Source: an uncultured Candidatus Saccharibacteria bacterium (GTDB taxonomy: Bacteria; Patescibacteriota; Minisyncoccia; Minisyncoccales; GWA2-38-27). From it: a stretch of DNA of 56,714 bases. The position numbers were made by a program, and so were the translations under genes. Each line of letters starts with the position of its first letter. Position 1 is the stretch's first letter. Positions 13,904-22,560 of this stretch are shown piece by piece. Below the pieces are notes generated by a model. That model had not been told where the DNA came from. It made no database searches and saw only the letters and a program-made list of their open reading frames with translations. The stretch is from NCBI GenBank assembly GCA_964391095.1, contig CAYMJA010000004.1, positions 1-56,714 on the forward strand. The letters run 5' to 3'.

Positions 13904-15220
13904 CTAATCATAGAATAAATATTTTTTTCTTTTCTTCTTGAATTGCTCTAAGTCGCGCTGGTAACTTTGGACAATTTTTTCCGCAGGAACGCCCTTCTCC
14001 AGCATAAATCGTATCTTGTTTGTGCCGTTCGCTAAATCGAACATCCTTTTCCGCTTCTGAACACTCTCCAGTTTGAAATTGAATTTATCAGGGTACATCT
14101 TCATCAGAGTACCCATGATGTAGTATCCAACAGCAACAGGTTTAATCGTTCTTTCATCGGTAATGATTACCCTGACTCCTTGGCACAACTCGCCTTTATG
14201 GTGGAGATAGTAGGGTTTGAAATACATTGGTTGAAAATAAACCCCGGATAGCTTCAATGCATTTAATGTTTTTGAAAATTCTTCTGCATTTATCCAGGGA
14301 GCGCCAACCAGTTTGAATGGCAAGGTATAACCAACTCCAATATTTACTATCGGGAGCTCTCCCATTATGCCCGTAATGGGAAGAAACAATGCTGTGTCCA
14401 TTTCAGGAACGTGGGGTGACGTTGGAGTCCAGACAAGACCAGTGTTTCTCCAAGCCATGTCCCTTTTCCAGCCCTGCATCTTCACAACTTTCAGGTCGCA
14501 ATTAATCTCGCACTCCTTGTTAAAATATGTTGCGAGTTCCCCTATGGTCATTCCATGGACATAGGCTATTGGAGCTATTCCAATGAAAGACTTGAACTCT
14601 GGGTCAAGAACAGGACCACCTACAACCCATCCACCTATGGGATTGGGCCTGTCGAGGACGATGAATTTAATCTTATGTTCAGCCGCAGCTTCCATACAGT
14701 AGTACATTGTAGAGATATAGGTGTAGGATCTTGTACCAATATCCTGAATATCAAATATCAGGACATCAATGTTTTTCAACATTTCTGGGGTTGGTTTTCG
14801 GGTTTTTCCGTAAAGACTGTAAACGATTATACCTGTTTTTGGGTCTTTACTTCCTTCCACTGTTCCATGTACCCCGCCCCGGATGCCGTGCTCAGGGCCA
14901 AATAAAGCCTTAAGTTCAACACCAGGAAGCAAGGCAATGCGGTCAGCACTTGGACACAGATTGCTGTCCACACCAGTAGGATTAGTAACCAAACCGACCC
15001 TTTTACCCCAGATTAGATCTCGCTTCTCTTCTACAAGTACTTCAATACCCAGTTTTACAGCCGGTCTGAGTTTTACAGCCGGTTTCTCAGCCTGTGAAGA
15101 CTTTCTGTGCTCCAGAAAAGTGGGTATTGCAATCGCAGCAAGGATTCCAATGAATGTAATAACAATCAATAGCTCAATCAGGGTAAGCCCTTTTCTCTTT
15201 CTTTCTCTCAAAGTTTTCAT
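13904..15220 (-). CDS. prepilin-type N-terminal domain fused to a DUF1343/NamZ-like (exo-beta-N-acetylmuramidase family) domain
   Basis: N-terminus is KRKG-LTLIELLIVITFIGILAAIAIPTF. DUF1343 motifs: LVTNPTGVD, LFGPEHGIRG, TGIIVYSLYGK, DVLIFDIQDIGTRSYTYI, VLDRPNPIGG, HGMTIGELA. Confidence 0.8.
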   Translation of the reverse strand: MKTLRERKRKGLTLIELLIVITFIGILAAIAIPTFLEHRKSSQAEKPAVKLRPAVKLGIEVLVEEKRDLIWGKRVGLVTNPTGVDSNLCPSADRIALLPGVELKALFGPEHGIRGGVHGTVEGSKDPKTGIIVYSLYGKTRKPTPEMLKNIDVLIFDIQDIGTRSYTYISTMYYCMEAAAEHKIKFIVLDRPNPIGGWVVGGPVLDPEFKSFIGIAPIAYVHGMTIGELATYFNKECEINCDLKVVKMQGWKRDMAWRNTGLVWTPTSPHVPEMDTALFLPITGIMGELPIVNIGVGYTLPFKLVGAPWINAEEFSKTLNALKLSGVYFQPMYFKPYYLHHKGELCQGVRVIITDERTIKPVAVGYYIMGTLMKMYPDKFNFKLESVQKRKRMFDLANGTNKIRFMLEKGVPAEKIVQSYQRDLEQFKKKRKKYLFYD

Positions 15221-15360
15221 AAGTCATCACCTCCTTTCTTGAATTGTCTTATATTCAGTTCTCAAAGAACTATCAAACATCTATTTTTCAAGATAGCATA
15301 TTAAAAAATATCTGTCAAGTTTTTGTACAAGTTTATCGTAACTGTAAAAGATGCAAAATT
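15088..15360 (-). repeat. duplicated 5' module, copy 2
   Basis: Paralogous to 13487-13768. Extends from the RKSSQAE linker codons through the promoter to the stop codon of the PAP2 gene. Confidence 0.85.
15290..15318 (-). promoter_or_regulatory. sigma70-like promoter TTGACA-17-TATCTT
   Basis: Reverse-strand TTGACA (15313-15318) and TATCTT (15290-15295). Confidence 0.6.
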
Positions 15361-15884
15361 TAATTAAAACCCTTTGATTTTTGCAAAGCAGGCAGAATTC
15401 TATAAATTAGCCAACCAGAGAATATTCCAACCGCAGCTCCAGCTAAAATATCTGAGGGCCAATGGATACCGATAAAAATCCTGGCTAAACAAATCAGAAA
15501 ACTGGCTAAAAAAAATAAAAGTCCTGCTTTTTTGTTGTAAAAATAAACAATAGTAGATATTGCAAAAAAGAAAGCAGCATGACCAGAAGGAAAAGCAGCA
15601 GTATTGTGGGTGATAAGCAAATTAACATTATTTTCTACAAATGGTCTTGGTCTTTGCCAAATCCAACGAATAAAATTAACAATAACTAATCTTGCCAAGA
15701 TAGCTGAAATAATTGCCTGAAGAACCATCTTCCAATATTGCTTGAACTTTATCGCTAAAAACAAAAACAAACAAAAGACCAAGACATATTCAAAATATTG
15801 AGCAAAGAAAATTCCTAAAACATTTAACCAGAACCATTTAAAAGCAAATTGATTTATTTGTTGAAAAATATATAAATCCATCAT
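15360..15884 (-). CDS. PAP2-family phosphatase (undecaprenyl-diphosphatase-like)
   Basis: Membrane protein with acid-phosphatase motifs RPRP, PSGH and ARIFIGIHWPSD. Confidence 0.8.
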   Translation of the reverse strand: MMDLYIFQQINQFAFKWFWLNVLGIFFAQYFEYVLVFCLFLFLAIKFKQYWKMVLQAIISAILARLVIVNFIRWIWQRPRPFVENNVNLLITHNTAAFPSGHAAFFFAISTIVYFYNKKAGLLFFLASFLICLARIFIGIHWPSDILAGAAVGIFSGWLIYRILPALQKSKGFN

Positions 15885-15899
15885 TTAAAGAAAAAATTT

Positions 15900-15937
15900 G
15901 TTCAAGGTCGGGTGTTCAAGGTCGGGTCTTGAACAAC
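15900..15937 (-). repeat. 3'-end hairpin element GTTCAAGGTCGGGT (x2) CTTGAAC; second locus of the 363-383 element
   Basis: Overlaps the folD stop codon. On the minus strand the stem-loop is followed by AAATTTTTT, so it looks like a terminator. Confidence 0.6.
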
Positions 15938-16752
15938 TTTATTAAATTTTCTAACAAGCAAGCGACAGTCATTGGACCAACTCCGCCAGGAACTGGTGTA
16001 ATGTAACTTGCTTGTTTAGAAACGCTTTTGAAATCAACATCACCTATTGATTTTCTTTTTCCTTTTTCAAACGATGTACCAACATCAATTACAACCACTC
16101 CCCTTTTAACCATCTTTCCAGTAACAAGATTTGGTTTAGCTGCTCCTGAAATTATAATATCGGCTTTTTTAGTAAAAAAAGAAATATTTTTGGTAAACTT
16201 ATCAACGACAGAGAAGGTTGCTTTTTCCTTTAACAACCATAAGGCTGAAGGACGACCAACTAATCTTCCTATTCCGATCAGGACTATATTTTTACCCTTA
16301 AAGGATATTTTATATTCTTTTAAAAGACGACTGATTCCGCTAACTGTGGGAGGAAGAATAGGCAAGGTTCCTGTGTAAAACTTGCCTATATTGATTTCAG
16401 ATAACACATCAATGTCTTTTTCTGGAGGAATAAGGTTTAAAAACTCTTGAGAATCAAAACCTTTTGGCAGGGGCAGTTGAATTATAGCGCCTTTGACATT
16501 GGGTTTTTCAACAATTTTTTGAATTTCTTTCTTTAATTTTCGGGGGCTAACTTGCGACGAAAATCTAAATAATCGAAAATTAATTCCTACTTTTTCGCAG
16601 GCCTTTTGTTTTTGGCGAATAAAAACCTCAGAAGCCAAATCTTCACCAACCAAAATTACGGCCATTTTTAATTTTAGCCGCTTTTTTTCTATTTCTCTTT
16701 TGAGGCTCCTTAAAATCTTCTCAGATAATTTTTTACCATCCAAAATTTTCAC
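15916..16752 (-). CDS. folD: bifunctional methylenetetrahydrofolate dehydrogenase/cyclohydrolase
   Basis: VILVGEDLASEVFIRQK, QLPLP, GIGRLVGRP and PVPGGVGPMTVACL. GTG start. Confidence 0.9.
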   Translation of the reverse strand: MKILDGKKLSEKILRSLKREIEKKRLKLKMAVILVGEDLASEVFIRQKQKACEKVGINFRLFRFSSQVSPRKLKKEIQKIVEKPNVKGAIIQLPLPKGFDSQEFLNLIPPEKDIDVLSEINIGKFYTGTLPILPPTVSGISRLLKEYKISFKGKNIVLIGIGRLVGRPSALWLLKEKATFSVVDKFTKNISFFTKKADIIISGAAKPNLVTGKMVKRGVVVIDVGTSFEKGKRKSIGDVDFKSVSKQASYITPVPGGVGPMTVACLLENLIKLFKTRP

Positions 16753-16765
16753 GATAAATTATTAA

Positions 16766-16902
16766 GCGAGGCAACCTGCTGAGGAGGACACACGGAGGCG
16801 AGCGGCCATGGTTTCCGAGCGAAGCGAGCGAGAGAGCGAGCCGAGTAACTAAGCTGAATTTTCTCGGTGGGAAAATTCAGCGGTCATCCGAAGTAGGTTG
16901 CC
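16766..16902 (-). repeat. GC-rich structured spacer between glyA and folD
   Basis: Outer stem GGCAACCT (16770-16777) pairs with AGGTTGCC (16895-16902). Inner perfect 10-bp hairpin GCTGAATTTT/AAAATTCAGC (16853-16881). GAGCGA-rich core. Confidence 0.6.
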
Positions 16903-16920
16903 AAGCGATAATTCTAGATA

Positions 16921-18165
16921 TTATTTCGGCAAAGGGAATTTCTGGCAAAGTTTTTTAACTTCCTTTCTAACTCTCAAGTAGGATTTAGGTTTTGAAACCA
17001 CGTCATCAATCCAAAAAGCAATCTGGCGCATCTCTTTTTCCTTCATTCCTCTGGTTGTAATAGCGGGAGTTCCTAATCTTATCCCCGAAGGATGAAATGG
17101 CGGATTAGGGTCATAAGGAATAGAGTTTTTATTAACAGTAATGCCAGCTTTTTCTAACCTTTCCTGGGCCTCTGTTCCTGAAATCTCCTTGTTTCGTAAA
17201 TCTATCAAAATTAAATGATTATCTGTTCCTCCGGTAATCAAATTGAAATTACGCTTTAAAAGTCCTGAAGCCAACGCTTTGCTATTTTTTACTATCTGCC
17301 TTCCATATCTCTTAAACTTAGCGCTTGATGCTTCTTTTAGACAAACAGCAATAGCGGCAATGTTATTCTCGTGGGGGCCTCCTTGAAGACCCGGAAAAAC
17401 AGCTTTATTAATTTTCTTAGGAAGTTTTGGATCTTTTTTTAGTCCTTTTCTGGTAACCATTATGATTCCTCCCCGGGGGCCTCTCAATGTTTTGTGGGTC
17501 GTAGTTGTAATAATATGAACAAAAGGAACAGGGTTGGGATGAACGCCGGCCACAACAAGTCCAGCAATATGGGCTATGTCAGCTGCAAGATAAGTTCCAA
17601 CCGAATCAGCGATTTTACCTAATTTTCTCCAATTAAAAATACGAGGATAAGCAGTAGCCCCTACCCAGATGAGTTTTGGTTTTACTTTTTTGGCTAATTT
17701 TTCTATCTCCTGGTAATCAAGCAAATTTGTCCTCTTATCAACCCCATATTGAACTGAATTATAAATTTTAGCGGAAAAGTTTACCTTCCAACCGTGAGTT
17801 AAATGCCCGCCGTGGGGAAGAGACATTCCCATTATTGTCTCCCCAGGTTCACAAAGAGCAAAATAAACCGCCTGGTTTGCCGGTGAGCCAGAATAGGGCT
17901 GAACATTAGCATAAGGCACTTTAAATAATTTTTTTGCTCTTTCCTGACAAAGGGTTTCAATCTTATCGTAAAACTCTAAACCAGCATAATATCTTTTACC
18001 GGGATAACCCTCGGCATACTTATCAGTTAAAACAGAACCCAACGCCTCCCGGACAGCCAAAGAAGTGTGATTTTCTGAGGGAATCATCTCAAGGGTAGTT
18101 TCCTGTCTTTTTTTCTCTTTGGCAATAAGATTTGAAATTTGAGAGTCAGTTTTTTTCAATTTCAT
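16921..18165 (-). CDS. glyA: serine hydroxymethyltransferase
   Basis: SENHTS, YAEGYPGKRYY and TTTTHKTLRGPRGG (PLP lysine region). Confidence 0.95.
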   Translation of the reverse strand: MKLKKTDSQISNLIAKEKKRQETTLEMIPSENHTSLAVREALGSVLTDKYAEGYPGKRYYAGLEFYDKIETLCQERAKKLFKVPYANVQPYSGSPANQAVYFALCEPGETIMGMSLPHGGHLTHGWKVNFSAKIYNSVQYGVDKRTNLLDYQEIEKLAKKVKPKLIWVGATAYPRIFNWRKLGKIADSVGTYLAADIAHIAGLVVAGVHPNPVPFVHIITTTTHKTLRGPRGGIIMVTRKGLKKDPKLPKKINKAVFPGLQGGPHENNIAAIAVCLKEASSAKFKRYGRQIVKNSKALASGLLKRNFNLITGGTDNHLILIDLRNKEISGTEAQERLEKAGITVNKNSIPYDPNPPFHPSGIRLGTPAITTRGMKEKEMRQIAFWIDDVVSKPKSYLRVRKEVKKLCQKFPLPK

Positions 18166-18772
18166 AATCGCCTTTCCTTAAAATTTTTGGTTTTTTACCA
18201 GTTAAGTTAATTACAGTTGAAGGAGAACTTTTTGGCAAATTTCCAGCATTTATAACTAAATCAGGTTGTATTTTTTGATTTTCAAACTGTTTTAAAACTT
18301 CTTTAATCTTGGTAGAGGGTAATTTGCCCGAGATATTAGCCGATGTCCCGGTTAAAGGTCTGTTTATTTTCTTAAGTAAAATATTAACCAATTTATAATC
18401 CGGAATCCGGAGACCAATTGTTTTTTTTTGGCCAAACAAGATTTTCGGCAAACCAGAATTTATTTTTCTTTTTAAAATTACGGTGATTTTACCAGACCAA
18501 ACCTTCTTTAAAAATTTCTCTTGTTTTTTATCAATAAAAGCTATTCTTTTTGCCATTCTAATGTCTTTAACAAAAACCGGAATTGGTTTTCTTTTCTGGC
18601 GTTTTTTTATATCAAAAATTTTCTTAGCGGCTTTTTCATTAGCAGCGTCAGCCAAAATTCCATAAACCGTATCAGTCGGACAAACTATAACTTTTCCTGT
18701 TTTAAGCTCTTCCGCTATCTCTTTCACCGCTTGCCGGTCCAGTTGCTTCAAAAAAATTTTTAACATCTCCAT
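18146..18772 (-). CDS. tsaC: L-threonylcarbamoyladenylate synthase (TsaC/YrdC/Sua5 family)
   Basis: YrdC-domain motifs VIVCPTDTVYGILADA and TGTSANISG. Confidence 0.85.
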   Translation of the reverse strand: MEMLKIFLKQLDRQAVKEIAEELKTGKVIVCPTDTVYGILADAANEKAAKKIFDIKKRQKRKPIPVFVKDIRMAKRIAFIDKKQEKFLKKVWSGKITVILKRKINSGLPKILFGQKKTIGLRIPDYKLVNILLKKINRPLTGTSANISGKLPSTKIKEVLKQFENQKIQPDLVINAGNLPKSSPSTVINLTGKKPKILRKGDYEIEKN

Positions 18773-18775
18773 TGC

Positions 18776-19504
18776 TTAATGAAAATTCTTTGAGGCCTTA
18801 AGAAACCGAGAAAACTTTATGATATCTGCAGGATTGCCAAAATCTATCCAATGATCTTGAATTTTCTTTACCCTCACCTTTCTTTTTTCTGCCAGAAGGC
18901 TAACTACATCAGTGATTTCATATTCTCCTCTTGGAGATTTACGAATCTTCGGAAGTTTATCAAACACCTCCGGAGTAAATTTATACAAACCAGTATTAAT
19001 TAAATTCCCGATATGTTTTTTGGGTTTTTCCACAATTCTTTTCAAAAATCCGTTGTCAGCAATAAGTACTCCGTATTTTTCGGGCCGTTGATGATAGAAA
19101 CCAGCGACATAATTATATTTCCCTTCAATATTCAGAGCTTGAAGGTCTTTTACCGAGTAAAGATTATCGCCGCAGACAAACAAAAAATGCTCTCTGCCAA
19201 CGATATCTTTAATGCATTTCAAAGGACAGGCAGTGCCATATATTTTCTCTTTTCCTCCTAAAATTTTGAATTGATTAACAATTGTTGCTTTGTACTTGTA
19301 TTTCTTAAGAAACTCCCTCATCATCTCTGCTTTATAACCCACGACCAAAATCAATTCCCTGTAACCAGCTTTTAAAAGATTATCTAAAAGATAACCCAGA
19401 AAGGGTTTCTTCTGGACTCTAATAAGATGTTTAGATTTATTCTTGCTGAGATGCAGCATCCTGGTTCCCTGGCCAGCAGCCGCAATCACTACTTTATTAA
19501 TCAC
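18776..19504 (-). CDS. sugar-phosphate nucleotidyltransferase (NTP_transferase family)
   Basis: N-terminal VIAAAGQGTRM signature; size typical of the family. Confidence 0.75.
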   Translation of the reverse strand: MINKVVIAAAGQGTRMLHLSKNKSKHLIRVQKKPFLGYLLDNLLKAGYRELILVVGYKAEMMREFLKKYKYKATIVNQFKILGGKEKIYGTACPLKCIKDIVGREHFLFVCGDNLYSVKDLQALNIEGKYNYVAGFYHQRPEKYGVLIADNGFLKRIVEKPKKHIGNLINTGLYKFTPEVFDKLPKIRKSPRGEYEITDVVSLLAEKRKVRVKKIQDHWIDFGNPADIIKFSRFLKASKNFH

Positions 19505-19505
19505 A

Positions 19506-21998
19506 TTAAATAACGAAATTAATTAATTTTTTAGGAATAAATATTATCTTTTTAATCTTTTTTTCCTTTGTCCATTCTACTATTTTTTCTTGAGATAAAG
19601 CAATTTTTTTAGCTCTTTCTTGAGAAATACCAGCTTCTACTTCTATCTTATCGCGAACCTTGCCATTTATCTGAATAACCAAAGTTATAATCTTCTCTTT
19701 AACTAATTCAGGACTATATTTGGGCCATTTCTGGATATGAATACTTCTTTTATAGCCCAATTGGCACCAAACTTCTTCGGCAAGATGAGGGGCAAAAGGA
19801 GCAAAAATTTTCAAAAAATTTTCAAAATCTTTTTTTGATAAAGCATTCTTGTCTAATTGCCAAGCATTACAAAATTCCATTAAAGAGCTAATGGCTGTGT
19901 TAAATTTTAAACTTTCTATATCTTCTGAAACTTTTTTAATGGTTTTATGAAGCAATTTTTCCAATTCAGGAGAGCTTTTTCTTTTCTTTTTCGGTCGACT
20001 AAGAAACTGAGAGCCTAATTTCCAGACCTTGTCTAAAAATCTTTTTATTCCTTTTAATCCTTTTGTGTCCCAGGGAATCATTTGTTCAAAAGGACCTATA
20101 AACATCTCATAAACCCTCATACTATCAGCTCCATAGTGTTTTATAATTTCATCAGGATTAATCACGTTACCCTTAGATTTGGACATTTTAACTCCTCCCT
20201 CTCCAAGAATTATCCCATGAGAAGTCCGCTTTTTATAGGGCTCGGGTCCTACAGATTTTGGTACAGTTTTAATATCCCATAAAAATTTATAAATAAAACG
20301 AGAATATAGTAAATGTAAGGTAGTGTGTTCCATTCCGCCATTATACCAATCTACCGGCAGCCAATACTTCAGCAACTTCGGATTGGCTAAATTCTTATCG
20401 TCTTGGGGACTACAATAACGAAGATAGTACCAATTAGAGCCGGCCCAATTCGGCATAACATCAGTTTCCCGCCTTGCCGAACCGCCGCATTTGGGACATT
20501 TAATATTCAGCCAACCTTTTGCTTCTGCCAAGGGTGACTCACCTTTTTGGGTAGGTTTATAATCTTGGACTTTAGGCAATTTTACTGGTAAATTTTCTTC
20601 AGGAACAGCAATCCATTTCTGGCAATTTTTACAGAAAACAAGCGGAATTGGTTCTCCCCAGTAACGTTGCCGAGAAAAAATCCAATCTCTTAACTTATAA
20701 TAAACAGCTTCTTTAGCCAATTCTTTCTTTTTTAACCAATCCTTAATTCTTTCTTTAGCAGTTTCAGAATTCATCCCGTTAAATCTTCCTGAATTAATCA
20801 AAACTCCCTCTCCTTCGTAGGCTTTTTTCTGTTTGGATAAACCTCTCTTTCTATCTGTCTCAATCTGCAGCGCTATAACTTCCCGAATGGGAAGATTATA
20901 GTGCCTAGCGAAATCAAAATCTCGCTGGTCATGAGCGGGTACAGCCATAATAGCACCAGTTCCATAATGCATTAAAACATAATCGGCAACAAAAATTGGG
21001 ATTTCCCTGCTATTTACTGGGTTTATGGCTTTAATGCCTCTTATCTCTAGACCGTTTTTCTCTTTATCCTCTTTAATTCTTTCTTTTTCTATTTTCTTTT
21101 TTGACTTTTCAATATAATCTTTAACAAATTTGTAGTTTGCGATTTGGTCTTTAAGTTTTTCAATTAGGGGATGTTCTGGCGCTAAAACCAAATAAGTGGC
21201 GCCAAAAAGAGTATCAGTTCTAGTAGTAAAAACAGGAATTGAAAATTGGAAATCAGCCTTTCGGGGAATCCACCCAAAGGCGTCCAGGGAAATTGGAAAT
21301 TGAACCTCTACCCCTTTGCTTTTGCCTATCCATTCTTTCTGAGAAATTTTAACCCTTTCTGGATAATCAACCCTATCTAAATCCTGAATTAACCTCTCAG
21401 CATACTTGGTTATTTTTAAGAGCCACTGTTCTTTTTCTTTCCTAATAACTTTTGCTCCACAACGTTCGCAGCAGCCATTAACTACCTCCTCGTTAGCCAG
21501 TCCGATTTTGCAAGAGGGACACCAGTTTATTGGTATTTTAGATTTATAGGCTAATCCTTTTTTAAAAAGTTGGACAAATATCCATTGAGTCCATTTATAA
21601 TAAGATGGGTCCGTAGTATTAATTTCCCGGCTCCAATCAAAAGAAAGCCCTAATCTTTTCTGTTGCTTTTTAAAATTGGCAGTATTTTTTCTGGTAACAA
21701 TTCTGGGATGAATTCCGGTTTTAATAGCATAATTCTCAGTGGGAAGGCCAAAAGCATCCCAACCCATAGGAAATAAAACATTAAACCCCTCCATCCTTTT
21801 CTTTCGGCTAACTACATCCAGACCTATGTAACTGCGACAGTGACCAACATGAAGTCCGGCACCCGAGGGATAGGGAAATTCAACTAAGACATAATATTTT
21901 TTCTTTTTTGACCAGTCAGATGCTTGAAATATCTTTTGCTTTTCCCAAAATTTTTGCCATTTTTGTTCAATTTTTTGAGGGCGATATTCTGAAATCAT
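19506..21998 (-). CDS. leuS: leucine--tRNA ligase
   Basis: HVGH (HIGH), KMSKSKGN, zinc-binding Cys clusters and a CP1 editing domain. Confidence 0.95.
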   Translation of the reverse strand: MISEYRPQKIEQKWQKFWEKQKIFQASDWSKKKKYYVLVEFPYPSGAGLHVGHCRSYIGLDVVSRKKRMEGFNVLFPMGWDAFGLPTENYAIKTGIHPRIVTRKNTANFKKQQKRLGLSFDWSREINTTDPSYYKWTQWIFVQLFKKGLAYKSKIPINWCPSCKIGLANEEVVNGCCERCGAKVIRKEKEQWLLKITKYAERLIQDLDRVDYPERVKISQKEWIGKSKGVEVQFPISLDAFGWIPRKADFQFSIPVFTTRTDTLFGATYLVLAPEHPLIEKLKDQIANYKFVKDYIEKSKKKIEKERIKEDKEKNGLEIRGIKAINPVNSREIPIFVADYVLMHYGTGAIMAVPAHDQRDFDFARHYNLPIREVIALQIETDRKRGLSKQKKAYEGEGVLINSGRFNGMNSETAKERIKDWLKKKELAKEAVYYKLRDWIFSRQRYWGEPIPLVFCKNCQKWIAVPEENLPVKLPKVQDYKPTQKGESPLAEAKGWLNIKCPKCGGSARRETDVMPNWAGSNWYYLRYCSPQDDKNLANPKLLKYWLPVDWYNGGMEHTTLHLLYSRFIYKFLWDIKTVPKSVGPEPYKKRTSHGIILGEGGVKMSKSKGNVINPDEIIKHYGADSMRVYEMFIGPFEQMIPWDTKGLKGIKRFLDKVWKLGSQFLSRPKKKRKSSPELEKLLHKTIKKVSEDIESLKFNTAISSLMEFCNAWQLDKNALSKKDFENFLKIFAPFAPHLAEEVWCQLGYKRSIHIQKWPKYSPELVKEKIITLVIQINGKVRDKIEVEAGISQERAKKIALSQEKIVEWTKEKKIKKIIFIPKKLINFVI

Positions 21999-22090
21999 AA
22001 TAGCTTAATTTTTCATCATAACACAATTATTTTTTTAAAAAAAGACGCAGTCCGAGAACCGTTCTTGAACTACTTGGTATGGGATAAGGG

Positions 22091-22119
22091 TTGACAAATA
22101 TACTTTTATTTGATATAAT
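22091..22119 (+). promoter_or_regulatory. consensus promoter TTGACA-17-TATAAT with TGn extension
   Basis: TTGACA at 22091-22096, TGATATAAT at 22111-22119. Confidence 0.75.
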
Positions 22120-22167
22120 CTAAATATAAAGGGTTCTTTAATAACGCTTAAAAAGGGGGTGGAGGAA

Positions 22168-22524
22168 ATGAAGATTTTAATGGTTGATGACGCAGAGATA
22201 ATGCGGAAAATAGTAAAGGATTTCCTTGAAAGTAGAAAGGATCACTATGAAGTGTCTACAGCAGAAGACGGAGAAGAAGCACTGGCTATAATGAAAAAGA
22301 CCTCTCCACCATTTGATTTGGTTATAACTGATACAGAAATGCCAAGAATGGGAGGAATCGAATTAACCGAATGGGTTAAAACAAATTTCCCGAAAATCCC
22401 GGTTATTTTGACAAGTGGGGCGGAAGAACCAAAGAATCACCAGGCTGACATTTTCTTAGCCAAACCCTTTAATCTTCATCGGTTAGAGGAAATCCTCAAA
22501 TCACTCTGCCTAAAAGCCAGATAA
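22168..22524 (+). CDS. stand-alone response-regulator receiver domain (CheY-like)
   Basis: KILMVDD, VITDTEMPRMGG, LTSG and AKPF. ATG at 22168 with SD GGGGGTGGAGG is preferred over the GTG at 22159 in the track. Confidence 0.85.
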   Translation: MKILMVDDAEIMRKIVKDFLESRKDHYEVSTAEDGEEALAIMKKTSPPFDLVITDTEMPRMGGIELTEWVKTNFPKIPVILTSGAEEPKNHQADIFLAKPFNLHRLEEILKSLCLKAR

Positions 22525-22541
22525 AATATCTGGCTTTTTTC
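22515..22541 (+). terminator. intrinsic terminator
   Basis: AGCCAGATA-AAA-TATCTGGCT followed by TTTTTT. Overlaps the stop codon. Confidence 0.85.
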
Positions 22542-22560
22542 TTGTTTGTCCCTATTGTTT

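Noticed and set aside
12598-15360. An intact integrative element or prophage next to tRNA-Leu.
   Set aside because: No integrase, excisionase, transposase or phage-like gene is present. The duplicated tRNA end brackets only 120 nt. I treat it as a remnant or hotspot, as described in the findings.
16753-16920. ZTP (pfl) or THF riboswitch upstream of folD.
   Set aside because: The position, upstream of folD and next to glyA, is suggestive. However, I could not find the conserved pfl-motif strings as I recall them (GGGUCGUGACUGGCG... and ...CCGCCUGGGCA) on the transcribed strand. The segment shares motifs with other GC-rich inserts instead. An Infernal scan is needed to close this.
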